Position numbers and translations under genes: made by a program
DNA from: an uncultured Actinomycetes bacterium
GTDB taxonomy: Bacteria > Actinomycetota > Thermoleophilia > Gaiellales > Gaiellaceae
Assembly (NCBI GenBank): GCA_963715075.1
Contig: CAVQRA010000004.1
Location: 601,555 to 665,554, forward strand
DNA: 64,000 nt
Direction: 5' to 3'
Notes under the pieces: model-generated
What the model was told of the DNA's origin: nothing
Seen by the model: the letters and a program-made list of their open reading frames with translations, nothing else
The model's database searches: none
Shown here: piece after piece, positions 21,990 to 34,684 of the stretch
How positions within the stretch are numbered: position 1 is the stretch's first letter
How the letters are laid out: each line of letters begins with the position of its first letter

Positions 21990-24071
21990 CTAGGTACGGC
22001 GCCGGCGGGCGCGCTGGCGGGCGCGCCGCATCATCGCGGCCTGGTGCGAGTGGGGCTTTCGCTTCGTGGGCTCCACTCGAGACCACTCCCCGTCCGGGTC
22101 GAGCGCCCAGGCGTTCGTGGTGTCGGCGAACACGCTGTCGAGCACCGTGCCGAGCTCCTGGCGCGGCCGGGCCGCGTCGACCGGCACGAGCACCTCGATC
22201 CGCCGATCGAGGTTCCGCGGCATCAGGTCGGCGCTGCCGAGCCAGACGCTGATCTCGTCGCCGGTCTCGAACCAGTAGACGCGGCTGTGCTCGAGGAAGC
22301 GCCCGACGATCGACCGGACGTGGATCGTTCTCGGAGAGCCCGGGCACGCCGGGGCGGAGCATGCAGATCGAGCGCGCGCAGATCTCGATGTCGCGCGCCG
22401 GCGTCGGACGCGGCGTACAGCTCCTCGATGATCGGCGGGTCGACCAGCGCGTTCAGCTTGAGCCGGATGCGGGCAGGCTTGCCGTCGAGCGCGGCCGCGG
22501 CGACCCGGTCGATCTCCGCGATCAGGCGGTCGCGCAGCGCCGAACGGCGCGACGAGCAGCTGCCGGAACTGCTGCGGGCGCCCGAAGCCCGTCACGTAGT
22601 TGAACAGGTCGGCGACGTCCGCCGCGATCTCCGGGTCGGCCGTGAAGAGGCCGAGGTCCTCGTAGAGACGGGCGGTCGACGCGTTGTAGTTGCCCGTGCC
22701 GATGTGGACGTAGCGACGCAGCCCGTCCTTCTCGCGCCGCACGATCAGCGTCATCTTCGCGTGGATCTTCAGGTCGGGGAAGCCGTGCACGACGTGCACG
22801 CCGGCCTGCTCCATCGCACGCGACCACTCGATGTTGCGGCGCTCGTCGAAGCGCGCCTTCAGCTCGACGAGGCACACCGACTGCTTGCCGTCCTCGGCGC
22901 AGTCGATCAGCGACGAGACGAGCGTGGAGTCGTCGCTCGTGCGGTAGACGGTCGTCTTGATCGCGATCACGTCCGGGTCGCGGGCCGCGGCCTGCGCGAG
23001 GGTCTCGAACGTCGGCGCGGAACGAGTCGTACGGGTGGTGGACGAGCAGGTCGGAGCGGCGGATCTCGTCGAACACCCGGGCCGTGCTCTTCGCGCGGGA
23101 CCAGCGCGGCGGGCACGACCGGGCACCCAGGGCTCGTCCTTGAGCTCGTGGCCGGTCGAGCCGGGCGAGCTGCCACAGGTCGGCCAGGTCGAGCGAGCCC
23201 TTCGATCTCGTACACCTGGTCTGCGGCGGACGCCGAGGCCCTCCATCAGGCGGTCGCGCAGCCGGGCGGAGGCGGACGCGGTCAGCTCGAGGCGGACGAC
23301 GTCGCCGAAGCGCCGGTTGCGGAGCTCCGACTCGACGGCCTCGAGGAGGTCGTCGGCGTCGTCGGAGACCTCGAAGTCGGCGTCGCGCGTGACGCGGAAG
23401 GCCGCGCGCTCGGCGATCTCCATCCCGGGGAAGAGCATCGGGAGGAAGTGCGCGATCACGAGCTCGAGCGGCACGAGGCGCTTGCCGACCGCGACGAAGC
23501 GGTCGAGGCCCTCCGGCACCTTCACGCGCGCGAAGCGCTCCTCGCCCGAGTCCGGGTCGACGGCGATCACGCCGAGCGAGAGCGAGAGGCCGGAGATGTA
23601 CGGGAACGGCTGTCCCGGGCCGACGGCGAGCGGCGTGAGCACGGGGTAGATCTCGCGCTCGAAGGTCGCGTGCGAGCCGCTCGAGGTCGCGCTCGCGTGC
23701 AGTCCTCGACGGTCGCGATCACGATCCCCGCGGCGGCGAGCGCCGGGACGGAGCTCCCGCTTCCAGAGCCGCGACTGGCGTGACGTCAGCTCGTGCGACG
23801 CGTTCGCGGATCGCGTCGAGCGCCTGGCCCGGCGTGAGCCCGTCGCGCGAGCGCACGCCGACGTGGGCCTGCTCCTGCTCGAGGAGGCCGGCGACGCGGA
23901 CCATGAAGAACTCGTCGAGGTTCGACGAGAAGATCGCGGCGAACTTCACCCGCTCGAGCAGCGGCGTGCCGGGTCCTCGGCGAGCTCGAGCACGCGCCCG
24001 TTGAACTCGACCCACGAGAGCTCGCGGTTGATCAGGCGCGACGCTGCCTGCTCCTCTGTGCGCACTGCCAT
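21990..24071 (-). CDS. ppk1: polyphosphate kinase 1 (frameshifted)
   Basis: [88 protein letters not shown]. Confidence 0.95.
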
Positions 24072-24152
24072 CTCCTGATGGTACGAGAGAGACGCCCCCG
24101 ATCCTGTCTGCGACCGTGAAGGACGTGAAGCGGGTGGGGCTCGGTCAGGCGC

Positions 24153-25218
24153 TCACCCGCCGAGCGCCTGCTCGACGAGGGTCTGGAAGTGCGCGATCAG
24201 CCGCTCGGACTCGGGCAGGAGCACGCCGTCGGCCAGGGCGCGGGTGCGCAGGCCGCGCTGCACGCGCTCGACGAGCGCGCGATCCTCGTCGCCGACCTCG
24301 GCGTCCAGGACCATGAAGTCCTGCGAGCCACGCCTCGTCCACGCCGGGCGCGAAGAAGTAGTCGAGGAACCGCCAGGCGCGCTCCGGCTCGAGCGGCAGG
24401 ATCGGCCCGATCGAGAGGTTCGGGAGACCGGGCATCACGTTGATCACCGTGTTCGGGAAGAGGAAGTGGAACTGGCCGCGCTCGACGGGCCCGTGGCGTC
24501 GTAGACGCCGTTGCCGCCGTTCCGGGCCGGGCCGAGCTGGGTCGACGTCCAGCGCCCGGTCTCGAGGCGGTACGCGTCCTTCGACACGTCCAGCGCCCGC
24601 GCGAGGGAGGGGTGGGCGACCTGGCAGTGGTAGCACTCGAGGAAGTTCTCGACGTTCACCTTCCAGTTCGACGCGTACGGGTCGACGTCGAAGCGCCGGT
24701 GGAAGTCGAGCGCGTCGACGTCGACGCCGCCCTCTGCGATCAGGGACGGGACGTCGCCGAGCCAGTCCTGCAGCGGCGCCGGCGTCGGGATCGGGGTTGA
24801 CGAAGACGAACGGGCCCCACGTGGCGACGGAGACCTCGACGAGACCGAGCCCGCTGCGGTCGAAGCCGGGCTCGAGCTCGCCGCGCGGCGCGTTGCGGAG
24901 GGAGCCGTCGAGATCGTAGGTCCAGGCGTGGTAGGGGCACTGCAGCGTCTCCCGGCGTCCCTCCCCGTCGCAGAGGACGAAGCCCCGGTGCCGGCAGACG
25001 TTGACGAACCCGCGGAGGGTCGCGTCCTTGCCGCGCACGAGCACGACGGGCAGGAGCCCCGCGACGGTCGTCGCGAACTGCCCCGGCTCGGCGACCTGGT
25101 CGAGGCGTGCGGCGTACTGCCAGAAGCGCCCGAAGAGCCGCTCCTGCTCCAGCGCCGCGAGCTCGGGGTCGACGTACCAGGAGTACGGGAGCGTGCGCGT
25201 GCGGGTGGCGGTCGTCAC
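24153..25218 (-). CDS. Rieske non-heme iron oxygenase alpha subunit (choline monooxygenase/GbcA/CntA-like group), frameshifted
   Basis: NVCRHRG...CPYHAWTY Rieske motif; NWKVNVENFLECYHCQVAHP; EDRALVERVQRG. Confidence 0.88.
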
Positions 25219-25260
25219 GCCGGGAGTCTAGAGGCTTCCGGAAGCTGCCTGACCCGACGG

Positions 25261-25993
25261 TCAGGCAGCTATCGGGAGAGCCTTCTCGCGCAGGTGCGTC
25301 AGGTACACCGGGCGTCTCGATCGCAGGTACGCGACGACTGAGGCCTCGTTCCTCGCGCACGGGATCATCGTCTTCCAGCCCTCGAGGTGCTCGGGCCGAT
25401 GGAAGTCGCCGCTCGCGACGACGGGGAGGCCGCTCCGGGCGACCCAGCCGAACAGCGTCGTCCGGTTGAAGAGCTCGAACCGGTGCGCGAGCGTGCGAAG
25501 CGACGGATCGCAGGCGAAGCGCCGCGTGCGTCGCTCGGGGCTCTCGCACGGCTCGTCGTCGAACGGATGCGCTGCGATGACCGCAGCGCCGGCCGTAGCG
25601 GCCGTCCTGAGGGCTCGCTCGATGCCGTCGTCGAGCGAGACGAAGCTCGTCGTGCCAAGGGCCACCGCGTGGGCGGCGCGGTCGAGGTCGACGTCGTTCC
25701 AGCTCAGCTCGAGGCCGGGGACGACGAGCAGCCCGAACCGCTCATGGGCGCGACGCGCCTCGCGCCGGATCTCCGCGAGATACGAGGAGAACGTCTCGGC
25801 GGTGACACCACGCGCGGGGTCGTCCGGCGCGAGCCAGGGATCGTCGCTGCGGGTGACGTGGTCGGTGATGCACAGGACGTCGAAGCCGCGACCGCCGTAC
25901 AGGTCGACGAGCGCCGGCGAGCGTGAGGTCGCCGTCGCTCCAGCGGGTGTGAGCGTGGAGCTCGGCCAGCAGCGGCGCGGTGCGCTGAAGCAT
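25261..25993 (-). CDS. PHP domain protein (metal-dependent phosphoesterase), frameshift near 25925
   Basis: ELHAHTRWSDG, CITDH, PGLEL, IAAHP, ELFN, ASGDFH. Confidence 0.85.
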
Positions 25994-26089
25994 CGACCGG
26001 AGCGTGCCATCCTCTCCCGGGCCTGTGGGGCGCGAAGTAGTTCGTGAGCAGGGAAGATCGGGTGAAGGCACGGGTGGTAGGCTCGCCGC

Positions 26090-27376
26090 GTGACCGGGGC
26101 TCGAGACGCGACGGACGTGATCGCCGACGGCGAGCTGGCCGCCGCGGTCGCGGAGGAGTCCGACTGGATGGAGGCGCTCCTCTGCCGGCTCGTCGCGGCG
26201 CCGACGACCTTGGGCAACGAGGAGTCGGGCCAGGTCGTCGTCGCGGAGGCGCTGAGAGAGCTCGGGCTCGAGCCGGTCGACGTGTGGATGGATCACGAGG
26301 CGCTCCGGCGCAGCCCGATCGCCGCTCCGTTCTCCTGGGACGTCTCTGCGAAGCGGAACGTCGTCGCGACCTGGGCAGCCGCCGGCGAGGGAGGGCGGTC
26401 GCTCGCGCTCAACGCCCACGTCGACGTCGTCCCTCCGGCTGCCGAGGCGCTCTGGACGAGTCCTCCGTTCGAGGCCGTACGTCATGGCGAGTGGCTCACG
26501 GGGCGCGGGACGGGCGACATGAAGGGTGGTCTCGCGGCGATGCTCGGAGCGGTGCGCGGGCTCCGCCGCCTCGGGCTGGAGCCGCTCGCCGACGTCCAGC
26601 TCCAGTCGGTCGTCGAGGAGGAGTGCGGCGGCAACGGAGCCCTCCAGTGCCTGCTCTCGCTGCCCACGATGGACGCGGCCGTGATCCCGGAGCCGTTCCC
26701 GGCGGCGATCAGCGTCTCGCAGGTGGGCGTGCTGTGGTTCCACGTCGACATCGAGGGGATCCCCGTGCACGTCGGCGATGCCGGCGAGGGCGTCAACGCG
26801 ATCGACGCCGCGTTCAGGGTCGTCACGCGGCTCCGGGCGCTCGAGGCCGAGCTCAACGAGGACCCACCCGCCCCCTACGACGAGATCCCGCATCCGATCA
26901 ACCTCAACGTCGGCGTCATCCGTGGCGGCGACTGGCCGTCCACGGTGCCTGCCACGAGCTCGCTCTCGTGCCGGCTCGCGCTGTTCCCCGGGCAGGAGGT
27001 CTCCGCCCTGCAGCACCGCATCGAGGCGGCGGTGGCTGCGGCCGCGTCCGACGACCCCTGGCTCGACCGACACCCGCCGCGCGTCCGCTACGACGGCTTC
27101 GCGGGACGGGGCGTGGAGGTACCGCGCGACGCGCCGATCGTCCGCGCGGTCGCGGCCGCGCACGAGCTGGTCGCGGGCGGCACTCCGGCGCTCGTGCCGA
27201 CGACAGCGACGACCGACGCGCGGGTCTTCGTCGAGTCCGGCGTTCCGGCGGTCTGCTACGGGCCGCTCGCCGAGCGGATCCACGGCGTCGACGAGCGGGT
27301 GCATCTCCCATCGGTCACCTCGACCGCGCAGGCGTTCGCCTTCCTCATCCGTGACTGGTGCGGGGTGGCCGCGTGA
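26090..27376 (+). CDS. ArgE/DapE family M20 deacylase/peptidase
   Basis: LNAHVDVVP, GRGTGDMKGG, VVEEECGGNG, IPEP, IHGVDE; intact ORF; TAGGCT -10 box 6 nt before GTG. Confidence 0.92.
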   Translation: MTGARDATDVIADGELAAAVAEESDWMEALLCRLVAAPTTLGNEESGQVVVAEALRELGLEPVDVWMDHEALRRSPIAAPFSWDVSAKRNVVATWAAAGEGGRSLALNAHVDVVPPAAEALWTSPPFEAVRHGEWLTGRGTGDMKGGLAAMLGAVRGLRRLGLEPLADVQLQSVVEEECGGNGALQCLLSLPTMDAAVIPEPFPAAISVSQVGVLWFHVDIEGIPVHVGDAGEGVNAIDAAFRVVTRLRALEAELNEDPPAPYDEIPHPINLNVGVIRGGDWPSTVPATSSLSCRLALFPGQEVSALQHRIEAAVAAAASDDPWLDRHPPRVRYDGFAGRGVEVPRDAPIVRAVAAAHELVAGGTPALVPTTATTDARVFVESGVPAVCYGPLAERIHGVDERVHLPSVTSTAQAFAFLIRDWCGVAA

Positions 27377-29334
27377 GGGTGCGGACGGTCGCGCTCCTCG
27401 CCGCCCTGGCCGCCGTCGGCGTCCGCAGCTGGCGCAGGCACGCCGCGCAGCGTCCCGAGCCCGTGCTGCTGCCGCCTGGCCCGCCGGTCGAGCCCGTCGT
27501 CGAGCCTCCCGCTGTGACCGCTCCCGACGCCGCGCCGCCGGGCGCGTCCGCGGCCGAGGCTCCGGAGGAGCCCGCGTCGGAGCTTCCGGCCGAGCCGGAC
27601 GGGTCGGCCGAGCCGGTCGAGCAGGAGGACACGCCCGAGCCGTTGTCCACCGCCGACGACACGCCGGAGACCGACGTGGAAGCGGGAGCGGAGCCGGATG
27701 GTCCCGCACCACGTCCGCTCGCCGCCGCCGCCGCAGCGCCGCTCGTGGCAGCACCGCTTCCCGATCTGCCGGCTCCCGAGCCGGGACTCGACGACGTGCC
27801 GGAGCCGCTTCCGAGCGGCTGGGAGGTCGTCGAGGTCGCTGCGCCGGCACCGCCGCCGCGGGCGGCGGCCCCGTTGCGGGGCATCTCGGAGATCCGGCGG
27901 TTCTTCCGCACCAACGACGTGCCGATCTGGTTCGTCTCGGCGACCGCGTTCAACCTGCTCGGGATCGATCGCTGGGTGCGGCGGTTCACGTACGTCAACT
28001 ACTACGACTCGTTCGACGGCACGCACCCCAACGTCTTCGTCCCGACGCACCACGCCCCGCCGACCTTCGACTCGATCGAGGAGATCAACGCCTACCTCCT
28101 CTCCCACAAGGAGGTGATCGACCGGATCGGCACAGCCGGCGGAGGCGGCAAGGCGGCTCTTCCTCATGTTCGACGACGAGATCGAGCGGCTCGCACGCGA
28201 GGCGGGGCTCGAGGTCGCCTTCCCGTCGGCCGAGCTGCGGCACCGGCTCGACTCGAAGATCGAGACGACCCGACTCGGCGAACGAGGCCGGCGTGCCGAG
28301 CGTGCCGAACGTGCTCGGCCGGGCGCGCTCGTACGAGGGCCTGCTCGCGCTCGCGCGCGGCGCCGGTCTCGGCGACGACCTCGTCGTGCAGACGCCCTAC
28401 GGCGACTCGGGACAGACGACGTTCTTCATCGCCTCGGAGGACGACTGGGACGAGCATCGACGACCAGCTCGTCGACGAGCACCTCAAGGTGATGAAGCGG
28501 ATCGACTGCCGCGAGGCGGCGATCGAGGGCGTGATCACGCGTCACGGCACGCTCGTCGGGCCGCTGATGACGGAGCTCACCGGCTATCCCGGAGCTGACG
28601 CCGTACGGCGGCGGCTGGTGCGGCAACGACGTCTTCGCGAGCGCTCTCACGCCAGCGGCACCGGCAGCTCGCGCGGGAGTACACGCAGCGGATGGGCGAC
28701 CGGCTCGCGCAGGAGGGCTACCGCGGCTACTTCGAGCTCGACTTCCTCGCCGACATGCGACAGCGGCGAGCTGTACCTCGGCGAGCTCAACCCGCGTGTC
28801 ACCGGTGCGAGCTCGATGACGAACGTCACCGCCGTCGCCTACGGCGACATGCCGCTCTTCCTCTTCCACCTGCTCGAGTTCATGGACGTCGACTACGAGA
28901 TCGACGTCGACGAGCTGAACGAGCAGTGGGCGCGCCCGAGCGCGATCGACGAGTGGAGCCAGTTCATCCTCAAGGACACGGCCGACAAGGTCGAGCTGAT
29001 CACCGAGGCGCCGGCGTCGGGCATCTGGCGGCTCGACCCGGAGGCGCACGGCGGGATCCGCTTCGTGCGGCGCGAGACCGACTGGCACACCGTCGCGAAC
29101 GAGGACGAGGCCTTCTACCTCCGCATCGCGCAGGCCGGCGGGTACCGCTACCCCGGCGCCGACATCGGCATCCTCGTCACCCGCGGCCGCCTGCAGACCG
29201 ACGACCACGAGCTGACCGAGCGCGCGCGGACCTGGATCACCGGGATCAAGAGGCAGTTCTGGACCGTCCCGATCCCCGCAGGCGAGCCGGAGCCCGTTCG
29301 CGACGCCGGCCCTTTCTCGTTCAAGATGCTGTAG
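27373..29334 (+). CDS. ATP-grasp (biotin carboxylase-like) protein with long Pro/Glu/Ala-rich N-terminal extension; frameshifts near 28150-28760
   Basis: RFFRTND...FNLLGIDRWV, LDSKIETTR, VVQTPYGDSGQTTFF, GYRGYFELDFL, LYLGELNPRVTG (ATP-grasp ExNxR). Confidence 0.8.
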   Translation: MRVRTVALLAALAAVGVRSWRRHAAQRPEPVLLPPGPPVEPVVEPPAVTAPDAAPPGASAAEAPEEPASELPAEPDGSAEPVEQEDTPEPLSTADDTPETDVEAGAEPDGPAPRPLAAAAAAPLVAAPLPDLPAPEPGLDDVPEPLPSGWEVVEVAAPAPPPRAAAPLRGISEIRRFFRTNDVPIWFVSATAFNLLGIDRWVRRFTYVNYYDSFDGTHPNVFVPTHHAPPTFDSIEEINAYLLSHKEVIDRIGTAGGGGKAALPHVRRRDRAARTRGGARGRLPVGRAAAPARLEDRDDPTRRTRPACRACRTCSAGRARTRACSRSRAAPVSATTSSCRRPTATRDRRRSSSPRRTTGTSIDDQLVDEHLKVMKRIDCREAAIEGVITRHGTLVGPLMTELTGYPGADAVRRRLVRQRRLRERSHASGTGSSRGSTRSGWATGSRRRATAATSSSTSSPTCDSGELYLGELNPRVTGASSMTNVTAVAYGDMPLFLFHLLEFMDVDYEIDVDELNEQWARPSAIDEWSQFILKDTADKVELITEAPASGIWRLDPEAHGGIRFVRRETDWHTVANEDEAFYLRIAQAGGYRYPGADIGILVTRGRLQTDDHELTERARTWITGIKRQFWTVPIPAGEPEPVRDAGPFSFKML

Positions 29335-29620
29335 GGCACGTCCGGCCTCGCCGGGGCACGTCCGGCTTGCGCCGAACGTGCCAGGAGAGCAGGGCGCTCC
29401 CGCGAAAGGCGGGCGCCGGACGGTGGGATGATCGGCGCGGTCTCGGCACGAAGGACATCTCGAACTCGTGCGAGCGACGAAGTAGACTCGATTCCGTGGG
29501 GAGGAGGTCGGTGGCCCGGGAATCCATGCCCGTTCGGACATGTCGGGTTGGTGCTGGTGGCCCGATCCGGGCCGCCTTTACGTCCCTCCGGCGCCCGGAC
29601 GCCGACGCCCTCGCACCGCG

Positions 29621-30331
29621 ATGAACGTCCTCGTCCTGCAGCACATCGCGTGTGAGCCGCCGGGCGTCTTCGAGGACGTCCTCCTCGAGCGGGGCGCTGC
29701 GATCGACCGGATCGAGCTCGACGACGGCGAGCGGCTTCCGGGCTCGCTCGACGGCATCGACGCGGTCGTCGCGATGGGCGGTCCGATGAGCGTGAACGAC
29801 GAGGACGAGCACCACTGGCTGGTCGAGGAGAAGCGGTTCATCCGGTCCGCGGTCGAGGGCGGCGTCCCGTTCTGGGGATCGTGTCTCGGCGTGCAGCTCC
29901 TGGCGTCGAGCCTCGGCGCGACCGTGCGGACAGGAGAGCGGCCAGAGGTCGGCGTCCTGCCCGTGCATCCGACCGCCGCCGCCGCGAGCGATCCCGTGTT
30001 CGCGGGGGTCAGCTGGCCCCGATCGACGCTCCAGTGGCACGCTGACACCTTCGACCTGCCCGCCGGGGCCACGCTCCTCGCCGGCTCTCCGGCGTATCCC
30101 AACCAGGCCTTCCGCGTCGGTCGCGTCGCCTACGGCGTCCAGTTCCACCTCGAGGTGACCGAGGAGATGGCACGGGAGTGGGCCACGGTCCCTGAGTACC
30201 AGGCATCCGCACGGGCGGTGCTCGGCGAGGGCGGGCTCGAGGCGCTGCTCGCGGACTACCGCGCGGCGATGCCCGAGATGCTGGCGGACGCGCGAGCGAT
30301 GTTCCACCGCTGGGTCGACCTCTGGGAGTGA
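29621..30331 (+). CDS. type 1 glutamine amidotransferase (GuaA-like/peptidase C26-like)
   Basis: MGGPMSVND, WGSCLGVQLL (catalytic Cys), QWHADTF, GVQFHLE (His-x-Glu). Confidence 0.92.
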   Translation: MNVLVLQHIACEPPGVFEDVLLERGAAIDRIELDDGERLPGSLDGIDAVVAMGGPMSVNDEDEHHWLVEEKRFIRSAVEGGVPFWGSCLGVQLLASSLGATVRTGERPEVGVLPVHPTAAAASDPVFAGVSWPRSTLQWHADTFDLPAGATLLAGSPAYPNQAFRVGRVAYGVQFHLEVTEEMAREWATVPEYQASARAVLGEGGLEALLADYRAAMPEMLADARAMFHRWVDLWE

Positions 30332-30365
30332 CCCCGACGCGTCCCGTGCACCCTGGTTCGTTCCT

Positions 30366-30391
30366 CTAGCCGGTTGCTCGCAACCGGCTAG
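30366..30391. terminator. perfect hairpin CTAGCCGGTTGC-TC-GCAACCGGCTAG between GATase and C45 genes
   Basis: 12-bp stem seen directly; no U-tract, so function uncertain. Confidence 0.4.
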
Positions 30392-30416
30392 CCGCGCCGT
30401 CGGGAACAATGCGCGG

Positions 30417-31416
30417 ATGGAGGCTCTGACCTTCGACGCGATCGACCAGCCGGCGCCCGGCGAGGCGTGGGCCTCGCACTTCGAGCGGCACTGGCCGCGC
30501 TATCGCGACTGGTTCCTCTCCGACGGCGAGGCGGCGCGAACGTCGTACGCGGAGTCGCTGCGCGCCCTCCGAGAGCACATGCCCGAGCTCGTGCCCACCT
30601 ACGAGGCGCTCTGCGAGCTCGCAGGCGGCGGTGATCTCGAGGCGCGGTTCCTGGCCATGTTCGCGCCGCCGTCGTACCTCTCGGGGTGCTCGCAGGCGGT
30701 GTGGCGGGGGATCGACGGCGCCGCGCCGCCGCTGCTCGTGCGCAACTACGACTACGCCCCCGAGCGCCTCGAAGGGACGATCGTCCACTCGGCGTGGACG
30801 GGCCGCCGCGTGATCGGGATGTCCGACTGCGCCTGGGGGCTCCTCGACGGGCTCAACGAGGACGGCCTCGCCGTCTCGCTCGCGTTCGGCGGTCGCCGCG
30901 TGATCGGTGCCGGGTTCGGCGTGCCGCTCGTGGTGCGCTACCTGCTGGAGACCTGCGCGACCACCGTCGAGGCGCGCGAGGTGCTGCTGCGCCTCCCGTA
31001 CCACCTCGCGCACACGCTCACGATCGTCGACCGGACGGGCGATGTCTGCACCGCGTTCCTCGCCCCCGACCGTGAGATCGTGCTGACGGGCGCCGCCGTC
31101 GCGACGAACCACCAGGGACGCGTCGAGTGGGCCGAGCACGCCGCAGCGACCCGCTCGCTCGAGCGGGAGGGTGTCCTGCTCGGGCTCGTGCTCGGCGGCG
31201 CGCCCGACGCCGAGGCGTTCGTGAGCGCCTTCCTGCGCCCGCCGCTCCGCCAGGACGGGTACGACCGCCGCGATGGGGACGCTCTACACCTCGGCCTACG
31301 ACGTGTCGGCGGGGACGGCCCGGTACCTCTGGCCCGGAGTCGACTGGCACCAGTCGTTCGCAGGATTCGAGCCGGGGTCGCGCACGATCCCGGTCGCGCT
31401 CCCGAGCGTCGCCTAG
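30417..31416 (+). CDS. C45 family Ntn-hydrolase (acyl-CoA:6-APA acyltransferase-like), frameshift near 31270
   Basis: LSG-CSQ autoprocessing Cys, LVRNYDY, GLLDGLNEDGLAVSL, ATNHQ, GTLYTSAY. Confidence 0.85.
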
Positions 31417-31462
31417 CGGACGCCACGTGGCCCCCGGTGGGGGCTACGGCGGGCTCGACCTG

Positions 31463-31693
31463 CTACGTCGGCGGGATGTACGGGATCGTCGGCAGGTACT
31501 TCGCGAAGTGCTCGACGTGCGCCTGGATCCAGGGCACCGCACCGGCCGAGTACTCGTACGTGTCGAGCAGATCGTCGTCGACGTCGCCGAGGAGCAACGG
31601 GCCGCACGAGGCGATCACCTCGTGGCCCCGTACCTCGACGGCCCACACCGCTTCCGTTCGCTCCTCGATCCAGAACTCGTGGGTGACGTCCAT
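31463..31693 (-). CDS. small hypothetical protein (76 aa)
   Basis: MDVTHEFWIEERTEAVWAVE...; GGAGGA RBS and typical codon usage. Confidence 0.6.
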   Translation of the reverse strand: MDVTHEFWIEERTEAVWAVEVRGHEVIASCGPLLLGDVDDDLLDTYEYSAGAVPWIQAHVEHFAKYLPTIPYIPPT

Positions 31694-31898
31694 GCGAAGT
31701 CCTCCGTGTGAGGGGGCGTGCTCCGATCTTCCCCCTCCCGGGGCCCGGGGCATCCGGCAACCCCCTGATCCGCGGCGTGGTGGATCCGCGGTGCGTACTT
31801 CCCCTCACCGCTATCGGTGCCTCCGCCGATGAACGCGGAGCCGCGGTCGCCGACAATGCCGGAGCAGGAGCGCTGCGCTACGACGCGGAGGTGCCGAA

Positions 31899-33661
<1,763 letters not shown>

Positions 33662-33665
<4 letters not shown>

Positions 33666-34684
33666 CGCCGCCCTCCGGCCAGCGCCGCGCAGGGACGCGC
33701 GCCCCGCGGCGCGCGCCGCTCGACGCCGACCACGCGCTGCACCTCCTCCGCGAGATGCTCCGGATCCGGCGCTTCGAGGAGCGGGCAGCCGAGCAGTACA
33801 GCCTCACGCGGATCAGAGGATTCCTCCACCTCTACATCGGGGAGGAGGCGGTCGGGGTCGGGGCGATGCAGGCGCTCACGCCCGACGACGCTGTCGTCGC
33901 GACCTACCGGGAGCACGGACAGGCGCTCGCACGAGGCCTCCCCGCCGCCTCGCTGATGGCGGAGATGTTCGGCAAGGCGACGGGCTGCAGTCGTGGACGC
34001 GGCGGCTCGATGCACTTCTTCGACCTCTCCCGACGGTTCTACGGAGGGAACGCGATCGTCGCCGGCGGCCTCCCGATCGCGGTCGGCCTCGCGCTCGCCG
34101 ACAAGCTGCAGGGGAGGGCCAGGGTCACGGCGTGCTTCTTCGGCGACGGCGCAGTCGCGGAGGGCGAGTTCCACGAGTCGCTCAACCTCGCCGCCCTCTG
34201 GCGGCTGCCGGTGCTGTTCCTCTGCGAGAACAACGAGTACGCCATGGGCACGTCGATCGCGGAGGAGCTCGCGCTGCCCGACATCCACCTCCGGGCCGAG
34301 AGCTACGGGATCCCGGCCGAGTCCGTCGACGGAATGGACGTGATCGCGGTCGAGACGGCGACCCGCCGTGCGGCGGAGGCGGTCCGCACCGGCGAGGGCC
34401 CGCGCTTCCTCGAGCTGCACACGTACCGGTTCCGGGCCCACTCGATGGCCGATCCCGACCTGTACCGCGCCAAGGAGGAGGTCGAGCACCGGAAGGAGCG
34501 CGACCCGATCGCGCTGTTCGAGGCGCGCCTCCGGAAGGAGAAGATCCTCGACGACGACACGCTGGCCGCGATGGAGTCCGAGATCGCCGCGGAGCTCGAC
34601 GCTGCGATCGCGGCGGCCGAGGCCGGCCCGATCGAGCCGGTCGAGGATCTGACGAAGGACGTGTACGCGGCGGTGGCCACATGA
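33662..34684 (+). CDS. pdhA: pyruvate dehydrogenase E1 alpha
   Basis: [31 protein letters not shown]...ENN (TPP motif), [12 protein letters not shown]. Confidence 0.93.

Noticed and set aside
19618-22362. Apparent Ppx-molybdoenzyme fusion in one 914-aa ORF
   Set aside because: Artefact of frameshifts joining frames; ppx has its own stop at 21048 and the Mo subunit its own start near 20973
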